A stretch of 58,011 bases of DNA, counting the filler, from Sphacelaria rigidula (Eukaryota): NCBI GenBank assembly GCA_964200075.2. It is 9 parts of 9 records of this genome, joined end to end, with 100 filler letters (N's around TTAATTAATTAA, not from the genome) between each part and the next. Parts side by side here need not be neighbours in the genome. Positions count along the whole stretch, not along the records: positions 6,458 to 12,814 come from CAXNAA020020560.1; positions 12,915 to 19,271 come from CAXNAA020020561.1; positions 19,372 to 25,728 come from CAXNAA020020562.1; 6 more parts are not named here. One strand, written 5' to 3'. Shown piece by piece: positions 12,111 to 24,093 of this stretch (positions within the stretch are counted from its first letter, which is position 1; the number at the start of each line of letters is the position of its first letter). The position numbers and the translations under genes are program-made. The notes under the pieces are model-generated. The model saw only the letters and a list, made by a program, of their open reading frames with translations, had not been told where the DNA came from and did no database searches.

Positions 12111-13494
12111 TAACTCCTGAAAACGGCGTGAATTTTTTTCGTGTTTGTGTGATCAACATTTCCGTGCCACGGTGAAACTGCGAACTACTTGATTTTGGTG
12201 TTAAAGTGGCGTTTTCCGGCCTTCTTTGACGTCAACATGAAAATGCAAGCGTCGGTCAATCGAGTCTGGCCGCGAAACTTAGTGGGGCCCTTCCTTGGGT
12301 TATATGGCGACAACTCGTCAGCGAAGAAAATGGGAGGAAAACGCCGTGCCGGTTTTCCGGGGTCCCGGAAAGACTACTTCGAAAAACGACTCGGATCCCG
12401 TCGGACTCCCGAAAAGGGGTGAAAAAGTCAAGAAAGGGGAAAATGTCGTCCGTAGAAAGTGGCGTAATGACCTATAGCACATGTGCAAAGTTTCATGGTC
12501 TGACTCCTTGAAACGGCGTGAAGGTTTGCGCGTTTGTGCGAGGAGGTGAGCTTCAAACGTGCTAACTCCTAACTACTTGGTTCTAATAAACAAAGTGTCA
12601 TATGGAAAGTGGATAATGCACTGGCTGGGGTCTCTCAGTGTGAGTGCCAGGAGATACCATGGTGCCAACCCACCAAGCTCCCACGTGGGCAACCTCACAC
12701 AGACCTGGCTATCCTTCCTTGACTATCACAAAGTAGAATCATCCATGTAACAACAAATTGTGAGAATTGAGGTTTAGCTCTGAATTGAGGCTCAAGTGGG
12801 CAACCCAACTTGCGNNNNNNNNNNNNNNNNNNNNNNNNNNNNNNNNNNNNNNNNNNNNTTAATTAATTAANNNNNNNNNNNNNNNNNNNNNNNNNNNNNN
12901 NNNNNNNNNNNNNNGATGCGTGGTCAATGGCCAAACGACTTAGGCAAGCAACACATGAGAACGCCCCCCCACACCCCTTCAAGATCTTCACCTGATGAGG
13001 CCCTAAAAGTCCGTTATATATTAACTAGTTCTTCGTGCTGTCTCTTCTAGGGGGAATCCATCACTGTCTGCGCTGGAAGCGTCCAACTTTGAATGGGTTC
13101 ACGCAGCCAAAAGACGAAAGATACGGGAAAAGGAGAAACGTATAAAATAGATAAGAAGAGCGGAACGAAAAGAAACGAAAGAAATAGACATACCCCGGGT
13201 TAGAACCGATCCCGACATCATTCCATACTTTGGACGATGACAATATATTACATTGCCATAACGTGTACTGCTGAGAGTATCGAATCTACTGTTGCATGTA
13301 ATTATTACAGTTTTTTTATTGTCGATACTGTATGCAGTACACTTTTCGACGTCGTCCAGGGTGTGGAATATTCCACGATACCTCTTCCCCGGTTTCATCT
13401 TCGAGAAATGATGGGATGGCATGAAAAAAATGCATGTACGCGCACGCCCACCACCATCGACTGTTCTTGTCTGGGCCTTTTCGCGAAATCGCAG

Positions 13495-13689
13495 CTGAGC
13501 GAACGGGACATCATCCTGGGAATATTCCACTACATCGATCGCATCGTTACGCACATCGTGCGCCCGCGAAGGGTGCTGTACATGGCAATCGATGGAGTTG
13601 CACCACGTGCCAAGATGAACCAGCAGCGATCCCGCCGCTTCCGAGCCAGGAAGGACATGAAAGACGCCAAGCTTGTCGCGGAGTCCAAG
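13495..13689 (+). CDS. XRN1: XRN-family 5'-3' exoribonuclease, internal exon (XRN_N domain)
   Basis: cag|[50 protein letters not shown]...VAESK|gt contains the XRN signature [19 protein letters not shown]. Assignment to XRN1 rather than XRN2 is tentative. Confidence 0.9.
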
Positions 13690-13719
13690 GTGCGCGAGGG
13701 AGGTAGCATCGTAGTATAC

Positions 13720-14182
13720 CAGGGTTGTGTTCTGTAAGGTACGGGTACCTTCTGTAGGGTATGCGATTCCTTACATAACTTACAGAACTGGTGGGCACCG
13801 GTTTGAAACTCTTACAGAGTTTACAGAACTGTCCGGTACCCGTATGAAACTCTTACAGAAATTACATAAGTTACCGGTTACGGTATGGGAGGCTTACAGA
13901 AAACCGGTACCGGCAATCGGGTAACCCTTTCAGGGTATACCCGCCCGGCGGGTTAGGGTGAAGTTTTTGTACAAAACTAACATAACTGTCGGGTAAGGGT
14001 ATGGGAGACTTGCAGAACTCCCAGAAACTGTCGGGTAAGGGTATGAAGATCCTACAGAGCTTACAGAACTGTCGGGTACCGGTATGGAAATCTTACAGAG
14101 CTTACAGAACTGTCGGGTACGGTAAACACACGACAAAATACCCCGGGTATACAGAAAACCGTACTCACAAAACACGACCTTG
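13720..14182. mobile_element. Non-autonomous TIR element (MITE) built from internal ~36-bp tandem units, inside the XRN intron
   Basis: Ends are CAGGGTTGTGTTCTGT and ACAAAACACGACCTTG. Internal units resemble cttacagaacttacagaactgtcgggtaccggtatg. Flanks GTAGTATA/GTATTATA resemble an imperfect 8-bp TSD. Confidence 0.75.
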
Positions 14183-14813
14183 GTATTATAATCATCACCC
14201 CTGTGGTTGGACCTACGTTACTACAACAGTGGCGAAATACAGATGACAGTTTACGAAAATTCTGAACGGCTTCACGGGGTTGACAGAGAAATACTACACG
14301 AACAATCGCAGTAGTACATGTGCATGGGATCGTCAGCATCTGTCAGCTTCACGTACACTCCCAGAGAGTACATGGAGAGGCATTCACGGCTGCCCGTTCT
14401 GTGGAAGCCCTCCGGCACGCGACAAAATCGCCAACGGCCTTGACTTTCGGTGGCAGCTCATACTCTGTGCTGTACATATCGATATAACGGCCTGGGGTTG
14501 GATAACCACGACACAACCACCATCAACGTCGATGACGTGCGCCTTGCTACTTGATCCTCTGGTGGCGCAGATGAACCGCCCCCGCTCGAGCCACCACTCG
14601 AGTCCGGGGGTGATCCACCCTGACGGTCTGCAGGGCTGCTCATGTTTTGTGTTTCCACTCAGAGGTACCTCGTATCCCGTCAGATCCCAAACTAAAGAAC
14701 TTTTCAACATTGAATTATGATTGGTGTGCAGCTTTGAATGAAGGAGTTGGGTGGGTTGATCGATGTGAGGTACATGTTCAGGTCATGGGGTTGTGTTTGG
14801 ATTTAATCTACAT

Positions 14814-15395
14814 CCGTACCTCCCCGAGGTATATACCTGTGCTCATACCTGCAATCGGGTATATCTATATCGGTACACCCTAACCCCGGGTAGGGGTATG
14901 GGAGGCTCAAGAGCTCACAGAACTGTCGGGTACCGGTACTGGATGAAAGTCTTACATAAATTACAGAACTTGTCGGGTACAGTATGGGAGTCTTACAGAA
15001 AACCGGTGCCGGCAGTCGGGTATTTTTTCTAAAGTATATCCGCGCTCCGGGTACCGGTGAAGTTTTTGTACAGAACTCACAGAACTGTCGGGTAAGGGTA
15101 TGGGGAGGCTTACAGAACTTACAGAAACTGTCGGGTAGGGTATGGATGGAGGTTTCACACAAAACTGTACCCGCAATCAGGTATCTTACCAAGAGCGTAC
15201 CCCTGCCCCCGGTAACGGTCAGTAGTCCTAGAGAGATGACAGAACTATCGGGTAAGGGTATGAGAGTCTTACAGAGATTACAGAATTGTCGGTTACCGGT
15301 ATGAGAGTCTTGAAGAAGTCACAGAACTGTCGTGTACGGTAAATACCTGGCAAAATACCCCGAGTACACAGAAAAACGTACCCTACACAACCTTG
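14814..15395. mobile_element. Second, left-truncated copy of the same MITE family
   Basis: Same acagaactgtcgggta units and a related right end (cacaaccttg). Confidence 0.7.
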
Positions 15396-16972
15396 TAGTA
15401 TACGGTCTACAGCACCCCGGTTAACCTGCTCTTGGGGTTCCGAAAAGTCTCCACCGGGCGGGGGGGGGGGGGGGGAGGGTGATACACCACGTATACTACG
15501 TACCGTGGGGCTGGTCTGTACCTACTGCAGGGATGCCAACATTAAACTTGAAATTATCGGTCAAGGGTGTTGTTATTCAGGGGGTTATGTACCACGGGAA
15601 TCGAAAGATATGAGAAGCCGGCACCGGTTCCAAAATATGTACGAAGTAATATTTTTGGCAACGAAATTTCGGACGATTCACGGCTCATCGGTCGTCGGGG
15701 GTCCTACGAGTGTACAACTCCAGGTTCTCGCTCTTTGATATTTTAGCTGAACCGAACCGATCCGGATCGTGGTAACGAACGATTACATGCTTCATATTTT
15801 ATTTCTTGGAGAAGTACATTGCGCTACAGCCGAAAAACCGTTCGATGGACCATATACGTCCAATAACACCGCCTCGATAAACGGGGATTTGCTCTGTTTT
15901 GTTCCGACAAGATAACATTGGGAAACGTATTTTGAGCAAGACCTTCGTTTTTTGGCGTTCACGTCAAGTTGGTATTGCCCTCTTTTTTGAATGAAAAATG
16001 GCGATGCGATCGGTAATTCGAAGAGTTAGGCGCTGAAAATTTGACACGAAATTTTTATCACCAACCCGCGCAACCCTATTGAGGGTGCAGAGGAAAAGAA
16101 GAAAAAAAAATCAGGAAGTTAGAGCGAGTTGAAGTTTCAGCGAAAACAGGGAAAATGCTATAACTCCGTGAAACGCTGATAAAGGCGGCTGCCCCCCGAA
16201 TAATATTTTTAGCACTCGCGTCCGGGACATCCTGGTGAAGTTTCAGTCGAAAATACCCAGAATTGGGCGCCGCATCGCACTTTTCGTGTGACACGGCCGC
16301 GCCCCCTTAGTCTAAGTGATATCGGAGACTCGAATTATGGATGTCACAAGTTCGAAGCCCGACAGGTTATTTTTTGTTTTTCGTCCGTCGTGAAGGTTAT
16401 ATATCAGGCAGTACATTTTTTTCATTTGTTTCTTCACTTAGCGGCGGTGCCGTGTGTTACCAGCTTGGTCTGTACTTCATAGCGATATGCTAAAGTCGCA
16501 CTGATTCGGTAAAGTTGAGAAGTCGCGGTGTGGAAAGCGAATGCGGGATTTACTGCTGGCCCAGCTCGGAGTAACATTTATTTTTTGTTTGTTTTTTGTC
16601 TTTGTCTCTTCAATCTAGTCTACGTCGGTGAGTTTATTTCGTGTATTTGCCTCGGGTACGTCTATCTAATGATCACGGCTGAATTCGCAACAAACTAGTG
16701 AATGTACGCCAATCAACCAACCGACCAGTCAGTCAACGATGAATCAACCGAGGTATTGCAGAGTAGCATAGAGATGGCATGGGAAATGCAAGGAAGCTTC
16801 GCCATGATTAGTCGTTCTTACGCGGAGATAGATCCCGATTTTACCGCAGATGTGATTTGAACTATTGCTCGTTTTAGGAAAGAACAGATAATTGACAGCG
16901 AACACCTTCGGAATAATGTGATTCACTGAATTATGACTCGATGTGCGTTTTTTTTTCATCATGTTTTTTCAG

Positions 16973-17061
16973 GGCGAGGTTGTCGACGACAGTGCTGTTT
17001 TCGACAGTAACTGCATCACGCCCGGAACGGAATTCATGGCCAAAATATCAAGGCATCTCAG
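16973..17061 (+). CDS. XRN1: XRN-family exoribonuclease, next exon
   Basis: ttttttcag|GEVVDDSAVFDSNCITPGTEFMAKISRHL-R|gtaagt. It joins the previous exon in phase 0 across a 3283-bp intron. FDSNCITPGTEFM is the XRN motif. Confidence 0.92.
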
Positions 17062-17138
17062 GTAAGTCCCCCCAAAAGCGGTTCTCGATTGGCCTGGCTG
17101 GAAAATAACGGTCGGACGAATCCACACACTGGATGATG

Positions 17139-17425
17139 ACAATATATGGTCAATAGATGTAATAGACAAAAAAAAAATACTGGGTTAAGCATAGGTCTAT
17201 TGCACCGATTGCCTGTCGGCCATAGTTGCAACAGGCCTGTACTTAATCCAACCCAGTATTGATTTGATTTTGATTGATTGTCGCACTTTGACTGACCCCC
17301 TAGGGATTCAGGCGTGGTCACATGATAGACGTACCTGAGATATAACAAGAATGAAACACCCGCTGAAGAAAAAGAAGGAGCATTTTTTTTTTTTTTGTCG
17401 GTAGCATCTGTAGACCATATATTGT
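17139..17425. mobile_element. Small TIR element containing a minus-strand RTE 3'-end fragment (~17258-17390)
   Basis: acaatatatggtc..gatg..gacaaaaaaa is inverted at 17385-17425. The internal segment is the reverse complement of the RTE 3' end with its (CAAT)n tail. Confidence 0.6.
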
Positions 17426-18157
17426 TCAGGGTTTGAATCACGAAATATGCGGTTTCCGAAGCGTAATCGCTTGAAAGAGATGTATCTACTAAAACATTAA
17501 CCGCGGGTAAGAAATGTATGTACGGATATGTGGCGCTATTCCGGGTTCCTGGGGTGCGCGTACCCAGGGTGGAAGCCCAAGGAATGACTCGTACGGTACG
17601 AATCTAATACACCAACAATTAAGTATTTTTCAGACGAATCATGGTTCATCCGACCGTTAAAATATTCAAGGGAAAGAATGTTACCGTGGAAGGGGGCAAA
17701 GACTCAGACGGGGGCACAATCCTTTCTCTGGATCCGACAACAGAAGCCGAGAGAACAGGCTTCGGCGAGAAGGGTGGCACGGAATCACCGTTACAGGGCC
17801 GTCATCATCCACACGTTTTTGTCGCGGCTCTCCTGCTCATGAAAAATGAGCGTTTAACAGCCGCAACATCTCGTGGAAGGGTTGCAACGGCATGTCGGGA
17901 AGTTACTCTCCCGAAGTTTGTGTTGCAATGGTCCGATCTCCAACCTCTACCGAAATACTGGGTAGACTTGTGTACTATCGCATTACTTTACCCAATATCA
18001 GGGTATTGTTGAGTATGATCTCAATGCTCTACCTGAGGTTTGGGTAGTCAGAATACGATCTTTGAAAATACCCGCCGTGAGGAAGTAATACGGAAATAGT
18101 GGCCAAATGAGCTAGGTCATGATCGGAATCAATACTCTAGATAAGAAGTAATATCTA

Positions 18158-18817
18158 TCAGACCGCCGTCAAAAGCGAGAGGCTGCTGCGTCGAGGCTGC
18201 CAATCGGAGAATCCTGCCTGCTCATATCGGTTGTTGATCATTTCCTTAGTCGGTGGCTCTGTGGTGCCCTCTGGTGTGTACCTGTATCTACTCTGCCGCC
18301 CTGAATCCCTTGGGCCTTTTTCTTTTTTTGTATTTTATTTCATTTGCTCATTACTTTCCTCTTCTTTCCTTTCTTTTTTGTTCTCAGGTCGGCCATTTCT
18401 TTCTGCGCTTTGCTTGTGTTGATTTTTTTTTTTTTTTTTTCTTCTTTGTCTGCTTTGTCGTTTTGTTCGACTTTTTGTTTTGTCCTGTTCTTCCTTTTTT
18501 TGTTCTTGTTTCATTTTCGTNNNNNNNNNNTTTTTTTTTTTTATTTCCTTTCCTCCTTCCTTTCCTCTTCTTTCCTTTCTTTTTTGTTCTTTGGTCTGCC
18601 TTTTCTTTCTGCGCTTTGCTTGTGTTGATTTTTTTTTTTTTTTGTTACGACGTAGTCTGCTATGTCGTTCTGTTCGACTTTTTGTTTTGTCCTGTTCTTC
18701 CTTTTTCAGGTCGTGTTTCAGTTTCGTTCTTGTTGGATACGTCCATCATGAGACCACTGCTGGACCCCTAGGGCGTCAGTTAAAGTGCGACAATCAATCG
18801 ATCAATCTAATCAATCA
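18158..18817 (+). mobile_element. 5'-truncated RTE LINE (end of ORF, T-rich 3' UTR, (CAAT)n tail). Contains a 10-N gap at 18521-18530
   Basis: Aligns by eye with 36271-36701 of the RTE in contig 6. Confidence 0.85.
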
Positions 18818-19183
18818 TCCAGGTAGCTCATGAGCTCTCCGACGTGTGATCGTTTTCATCTCAGCATTTACCAGTGTTTCGGATGTTGTGGGCACGAAAA
18901 AGGTGATTGTTTGCCGGAAGCGGATGTCTCTGGTTGACGATACCTGTACGACTGCGGGGAGTTGCGCGGAGAAAAATACGGGTCCCGAAACTGTCTTTTT
19001 TTTTTTGCGCTAGACGTGCCGTTACAGGATATCGGTTCAAGTGAGGTGTGAGAGTAATGGACCGAAGCAGGCTTATTGTCCGAATTATAATCTCGTGAGG
19101 GAGGGGTTGGTGAAGTCATTCTCCAGTAGAGAGCGTGCGAGAGGGCTGGATTCTTCTCCAATCCCCCCATCCCTTTTTGAGAA

Positions 19184-19585
19184 TGGTGATGTACCCATGA
19201 GGCAGTGTATGACCCGTGGCTGTCTCTGGAAGTGGCGATATACCAGATAATAAAGCAACTCATTGTAGGCTNNNNNNNNNNNNNNNNNNNNNNNNNNNNN
19301 NNNNNNNNNNNNNNNTTAATTAATTAANNNNNNNNNNNNNNNNNNNNNNNNNNNNNNNNNNNNNNNNNNNNCCAGGCTCGCAATCAATCACCAAGCGCAA
19401 AGCGCCGTGGTGTGTTCGGCGAGTCGTATAAAAGGTGAGCTGCATCCTGCTGAAATTGTTCGGCCCGAAGCCTACTGATTATCTTGAATTTGGATGGCAG
19501 CCAACAATGAGTTGTTTCATTGTCTGGTATCGCCACTTCCAGAGACAGCCACGTCTTATACACTGCCTCATGAGTGTCTCACCGT
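19184..19585. repeat. Two copies of an abundant dispersed repeat at the ends of contigs 3 and 4 (19184-19271 and 19372-19585, opposite orientations, separated by the spacer)
   Basis: The same sequence occurs at 20628-20840, 32286-32356, 36772-36850, 38322-38642 and 49412-49470. Confidence 0.85.
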
Positions 19586-20627
19586 TCAAACATTACGCAG
19601 TACGATCATCTCCATCGTGCGGGGTTGAGGTTCTTCCATGCCGCCCAACATGATCTAGCTCGACTACCATCATGGTTACCGCAAAAAAACGCAGACGCGC
19701 CAAAGAAATCGGTAACCTGGTTGTCTAGTTTACGCAGTGGGTGGCGTGTTAAGGAGCTTCATCGCCAACCGACGCCAACCCCATCGGGGGTCCGCCCCCT
19801 ACAAAGCTGGGACGGAGCACGCCGGGTTTTCGCCGGACGATTGGGGGGGGGGGGGGGACCAGTGTGTGTGTGTGTTGCTCCTAGTTTGCTGGCATGAGGA
19901 CCTTCCCGCCATAGTTCGTTTCCTAAGCTTTCTACCATCCAAATCCTCACTGTGGACCTGTAGCTAATCGCCTGTATCTCACACCACCGATTTCTGCCGC
20001 TTCTGCGTCACTTCGGAGGTAAACTTCATGAGTTTTGATCGTGCTTGAGAAAACTGTTGCAGTCCTTCTGTAGGAGACAACCTTGTGTCGAGTACAAAAC
20101 TGCTACCTAGGATATCGTCTGCTGGACCTGTGGCTTTTGGGGGAAGAAGGATACGGACGCTGCAGCTACACTGTCCATGCACTACTACAGAGTAACGTAT
20201 CGTTAACAACTGTTTTTAGTTTTCATACTGCTAAGCAACCTCGTTTTTGCTCCTCTGTAGAACTGCCGGCCATGCAGCAATCACAAAATTGATCGCAGAT
20301 CTCAAAGCAAAAGCCGCCATCCACTTTTCACTCCGCACGAAAATACAGACAGCTCAAAACATCAGTACATAACGCACTGACGCTTCCACACATTGTCATA
20401 CTGCTAAGTCATTTTCCCGCACAAACACTTCTGCGACTTCAACAGCCCCTCCCTCACAAGACTGTGCTTCGAACCCCCGTTTATTTCGCTGCTTTTGCTA
20501 TTCTCGTACCTCCACTAGCCATTAGCCTTGGAAGGGGTACTTCATCAATCTCGTCCTCCACAAGACTGATTTGAACGTCGTTAGTCTGGCTACTCGTACT
20601 ACACCTACCCCTCATCCTCTACGAGCG

Positions 20628-20840
20628 AGGGGGGGTGCGCTCATGATCATGCATGCCATAGTCATAAGGCCATTGACCTCGCATCCCTGCAAAGCCGGGA
20701 CGGAGCACACAGGGTTTACGCCAGACCAGGCTCGCGCTCAATCACCAAGCGCGAAGCGCCGTGGTGTGATTGCCGAGTCGCATGAAAGGTGAGCTACATC
20801 CTGCTATGATTGTTCGGCCCGAAGCTTGCTGATTTTCCTG
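20628..20840 (-). repeat. Oligo(C)-terminated dispersed repeat, 3'-end copy
   Basis: The minus strand ends ...atgactatggcatgcatgatcatgagcgcaCCCCCCC. Confidence 0.85.
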
Positions 20841-22522
20841 TAGCCCTGTCACTTATTCCAGCCTTCCCTTCCGTTACCTTTTTCCATACAGCCCTGTCAA
20901 CTATGGCTGGCGAAGCGTGGGGGTAGGGGTGGGGTTAGGAATTATACCTTCCACGAGAACACGAGAACAAGAACAAATACACTATACGACTACGATCTGG
21001 GGAGAAAAATGACAGAGGATGAGAGGTCGAGACGCAGACACCTGCGGGGCGTGTGGAGATGCTTGGCTCTGACTGCGTCACGACATGTTCACGCAAACGG
21101 CACGCGTACTATTTACTTAACACCACGGGCCGACAAACGTGCCAATGCTGGGCATCATATTTGATATCTGTTATTGTGTCGTGTGGTGATATAATAGAAG
21201 AGTCCATGATGATTTTCGGTTCTAGCGGGGTCCAAGATAATTAAGCTTGATGCCTTGCAAATCGCGCTGGCCTGTTCCTTTGCTTGATGCAGGGGGGCCT
21301 ACTGCACAACGTTTCTTTCTGGAGCCATGCTACTCCCCCCGCCTCCACCCGATTCTCGGGACAAATTACAGATTTCTCACAGCTCGGATTTTTCTCAGCT
21401 GTTTTCATCCAAATAGGAGTACATCACAGTCGAGGCAGCGCCCAGGCATCACGTTTTTTTCTCGGGCCAGAAATTGGAATCATCACACTTGTTTCGAAGC
21501 CAAACAGGGATTTCTTTTCGGTCGGGCAGTGCCCGGGCGTACATCTTTTCACCGTATTTTGGAAAATAAGTTGGTACGACCGCGATGTGAGGGATAATAA
21601 CACATTACCGTGCGTAGCATCCCCCCCGTCCCCTCCAAAAACCAACCTTCCCACCGTTGTTTTTGCCGATTTTGACAGTTTGAGGGGGGGAGGATATGGC
21701 TCCTGGGAAATGTCGCTACGGATCCCCTTGGTTGATGGGACATTTGATACTTGATACTTGAACGTTTCGCTTACATTTTTATTTTCAAATATACCCAATT
21801 TCCGTTTTGTCTCGGTTTGTCGTGTTTTGTATTTCGGTTTGTGTCGTATTCCTCACGTGTTTCCTTTGTTTCGTTTCGTTGCAATCGCCGGTGGGTCGAT
21901 CTCCTTGCGCACTATACAGTCTTGTATTTCGGATCCATGGGTGATTTTTTTTTCTTGCAATCCGCGATTTGCAATTTTCATTTTTGGATTACTGCGACAA
22001 AATGAAAGCTCGATTGACTATCCGTATCGTACTGCGCTTCATTTTTTTTTCCCCGCCATGTTCTCGCAGAAGATCCCTTTTCTGTGTCTACACGACGACT
22101 ATCGGGGCGCGCACCCTATTTCGTTGATCAAAAAATGCAAACGGGAACATGCAACACACATGTACAGTACAACATGCCAACTCCGCGCCAGGGTACCGGG
22201 GTTCCAGACTCCCCTGTTCCCGCGATATCTTCACTTCACCTCTTAAGTACCGCATTCGTCCGGCGCCGTACCGTCCGTACCGTACTCTTTGAGAACTACA
22301 CACCAGGGTACTGGAGGATCCACGATGCCAAGGATTTGTCGGGAAGGGTAAATATCCGAGTATTTACTCTCCTGAACTTTCGTGTTGCGATAGTCCGATC
22401 TCCAAACTTCCCCGAAACAAAATATCAACTGTTCCTACGCGTTCCAACAGCTCGAAAAACTTCACTGCATTTTCGGCCATCTCTACTTTCCCAAAACAAA
22501 TTGCGCACGTCGGACAGCTCAT

Positions 22523-22826
22523 AACAAGGTTTTCGTGAGATTGAGAATTGGGTGCGGATTGAGAGTGGCTTCGATCGTTCGCTTTAACTTGGCCAACTTT
22601 TCATTCTGTGTGCGTTTTTCGTCGTCTCATCACTGCCATGTGCTTACAGGTACACGTCGATAGCCTACTCAGGAGGATCGAGGGCCTTAGTGGCAAGCTA
22701 CTACAGAGAGAATATTGGTCCTGGTGGAGGTGCATTTCGGAACTGAAACGGCTTTTTCACTCAAGTAATTGGCCGCTTTTCACTCTCGATCGTACCATCA
22801 ACTCTCAATTTCACGAAAACGTTGTT
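22523..22826. mobile_element. 304-bp MITE with ~45-bp TIRs and a 4-bp TCAT target duplication
   Basis: Left end AACAAGGTTTTCGTGAGATTGAGA; right end (reverse complement) AACAACGTTTTCGTGAAATTGAGA. TCAT at 22519-22522 and 22827-22830. A related sequence lies at ~32090-32185. Confidence 0.8.
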
Positions 22827-23946
22827 TCATGAGGTACCTAAATTTTACTTCTTGTTATTCTAGTTTACTGATCCGGATCATGAGCGAGCTCATTTGACCC
22901 CTTTTTTTTTCCATATTTGCTCCCTGCAGCGCTGAACACCGAGCACGCGAAGTAGCGCAAAGGTTGCGTTTTGGCTCCTGGGACCCTGCTGTAACGTATT
23001 TTGTGTTTTTGAACAATTGGTTCGACAGTCCGCTTCGATGACTTGTTCTAGGTAGCTCATGAGCTGTCCCACGTGTGAAGGAACTCTTGGGTGAAGTTAG
23101 GTATGATTGCACTACAGTACTCTCAACTCAATATCGCGGTATTGTGAAGCCCGATCTCAATCCTCTACCCAAAATTTTGGGTGCATATATATAGTAAATA
23201 TATATATATAGAATATTTCGAACTCACGAGCGTGAAGCATACTTCGTAACGAGGCGTCCACGAGACTTATTGCTGATTTTGGTTTGCAAGTTCCTCCGCA
23301 CCCGCCCCGGGAGGTGACTGTTCGGGCCAATGCCAATGCAAGGGGCCCGGTTAGCGGATTCGTGCTTTACTTGGTGCGGGGGTACACATGCGTTCGCGAC
23401 CGCTCGAACGGACGCGCGATGACGGTGGTCCTGCAATGTTTCCGGCGGGCATGGACGTTTCGAGAGAGGATCTATTCTCACAAGGGCTTAGCAAGGCAAG
23501 AATACCGAGACCCTCGAAAAAGACGGACGGGACCGGGGCGCAGCCCCGGGTCCCGTGCGGCTTGCATATATGTAGGATACAATTTTTCAAAATGCTCAAA
23601 ACGCGAGAAATACCCTACCCACCACAGCCTTGTATGGTACCAAAATACCGCACCTTACTTACCGCACGCACTGTACATGCACCAACACCGTGTATCGCAG
23701 CGATACCGGGGAAGTCAAGTTATCATGCCCTATGGCCATTTTCCAAAAACCGGTTCCGAGAAAAGCCCTGCAAACCATAAATATAACTTGTATACCGAAC
23801 ACTACCAGACCAGTACCCTCCCACGCCGCTCGCTTCCGAGCTCCCGCACGGACAGATGCAGGTTCAAAAATAATGTCAACTCGACGCGCACAATGTTAGA
23901 ATTGATGAAAAAAAAAAAGTGACATGGGCATCGCGCACACACCCAC

Positions 23947-24093
23947 CTGAAGCTCAAGATCTTCATATAGGTTATCGTGCACTCCTCCGCACTCGTCGTC
24001 GAACGTATCGACCACAAGGTACGAGTGCAACAGCTCCCTCGCCGCGATGTATCGTGCCGCAGACACCCACTCGCTGAACCGCAATCGCCACGG
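23947..24093 (-). CDS. Probable internal exon of an unidentified host gene (PWRLRFSEWVSAARYIAARELLHSYLVVDTFDDECGGVHDNLYEDLELQ)
   Basis: Acceptor ttttccag, donor cag|gtgggt, 147 bp, phase 0-0, open frame with coding-like composition. No family recognised. Confidence 0.5.

Noticed and set aside
13770..15330. ~36-bp repeats resembling a CRISPR array
   Set aside because: The units are contiguous and degenerate with no unique spacers, lie between TIRs inside a eukaryotic intron, and have no cas genes nearby.
18231..18833. Phe/Leu-rich ORFs resembling membrane proteins
   Set aside because: They are translations of the T-rich RTE 3' UTR, across an N gap.
22650..22730. Plus-strand segment with AG/GT borders resembling an exon
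   Set aside because: It lies inside a MITE, has no recognisable peptide, and such splice-like sites occur by chance.
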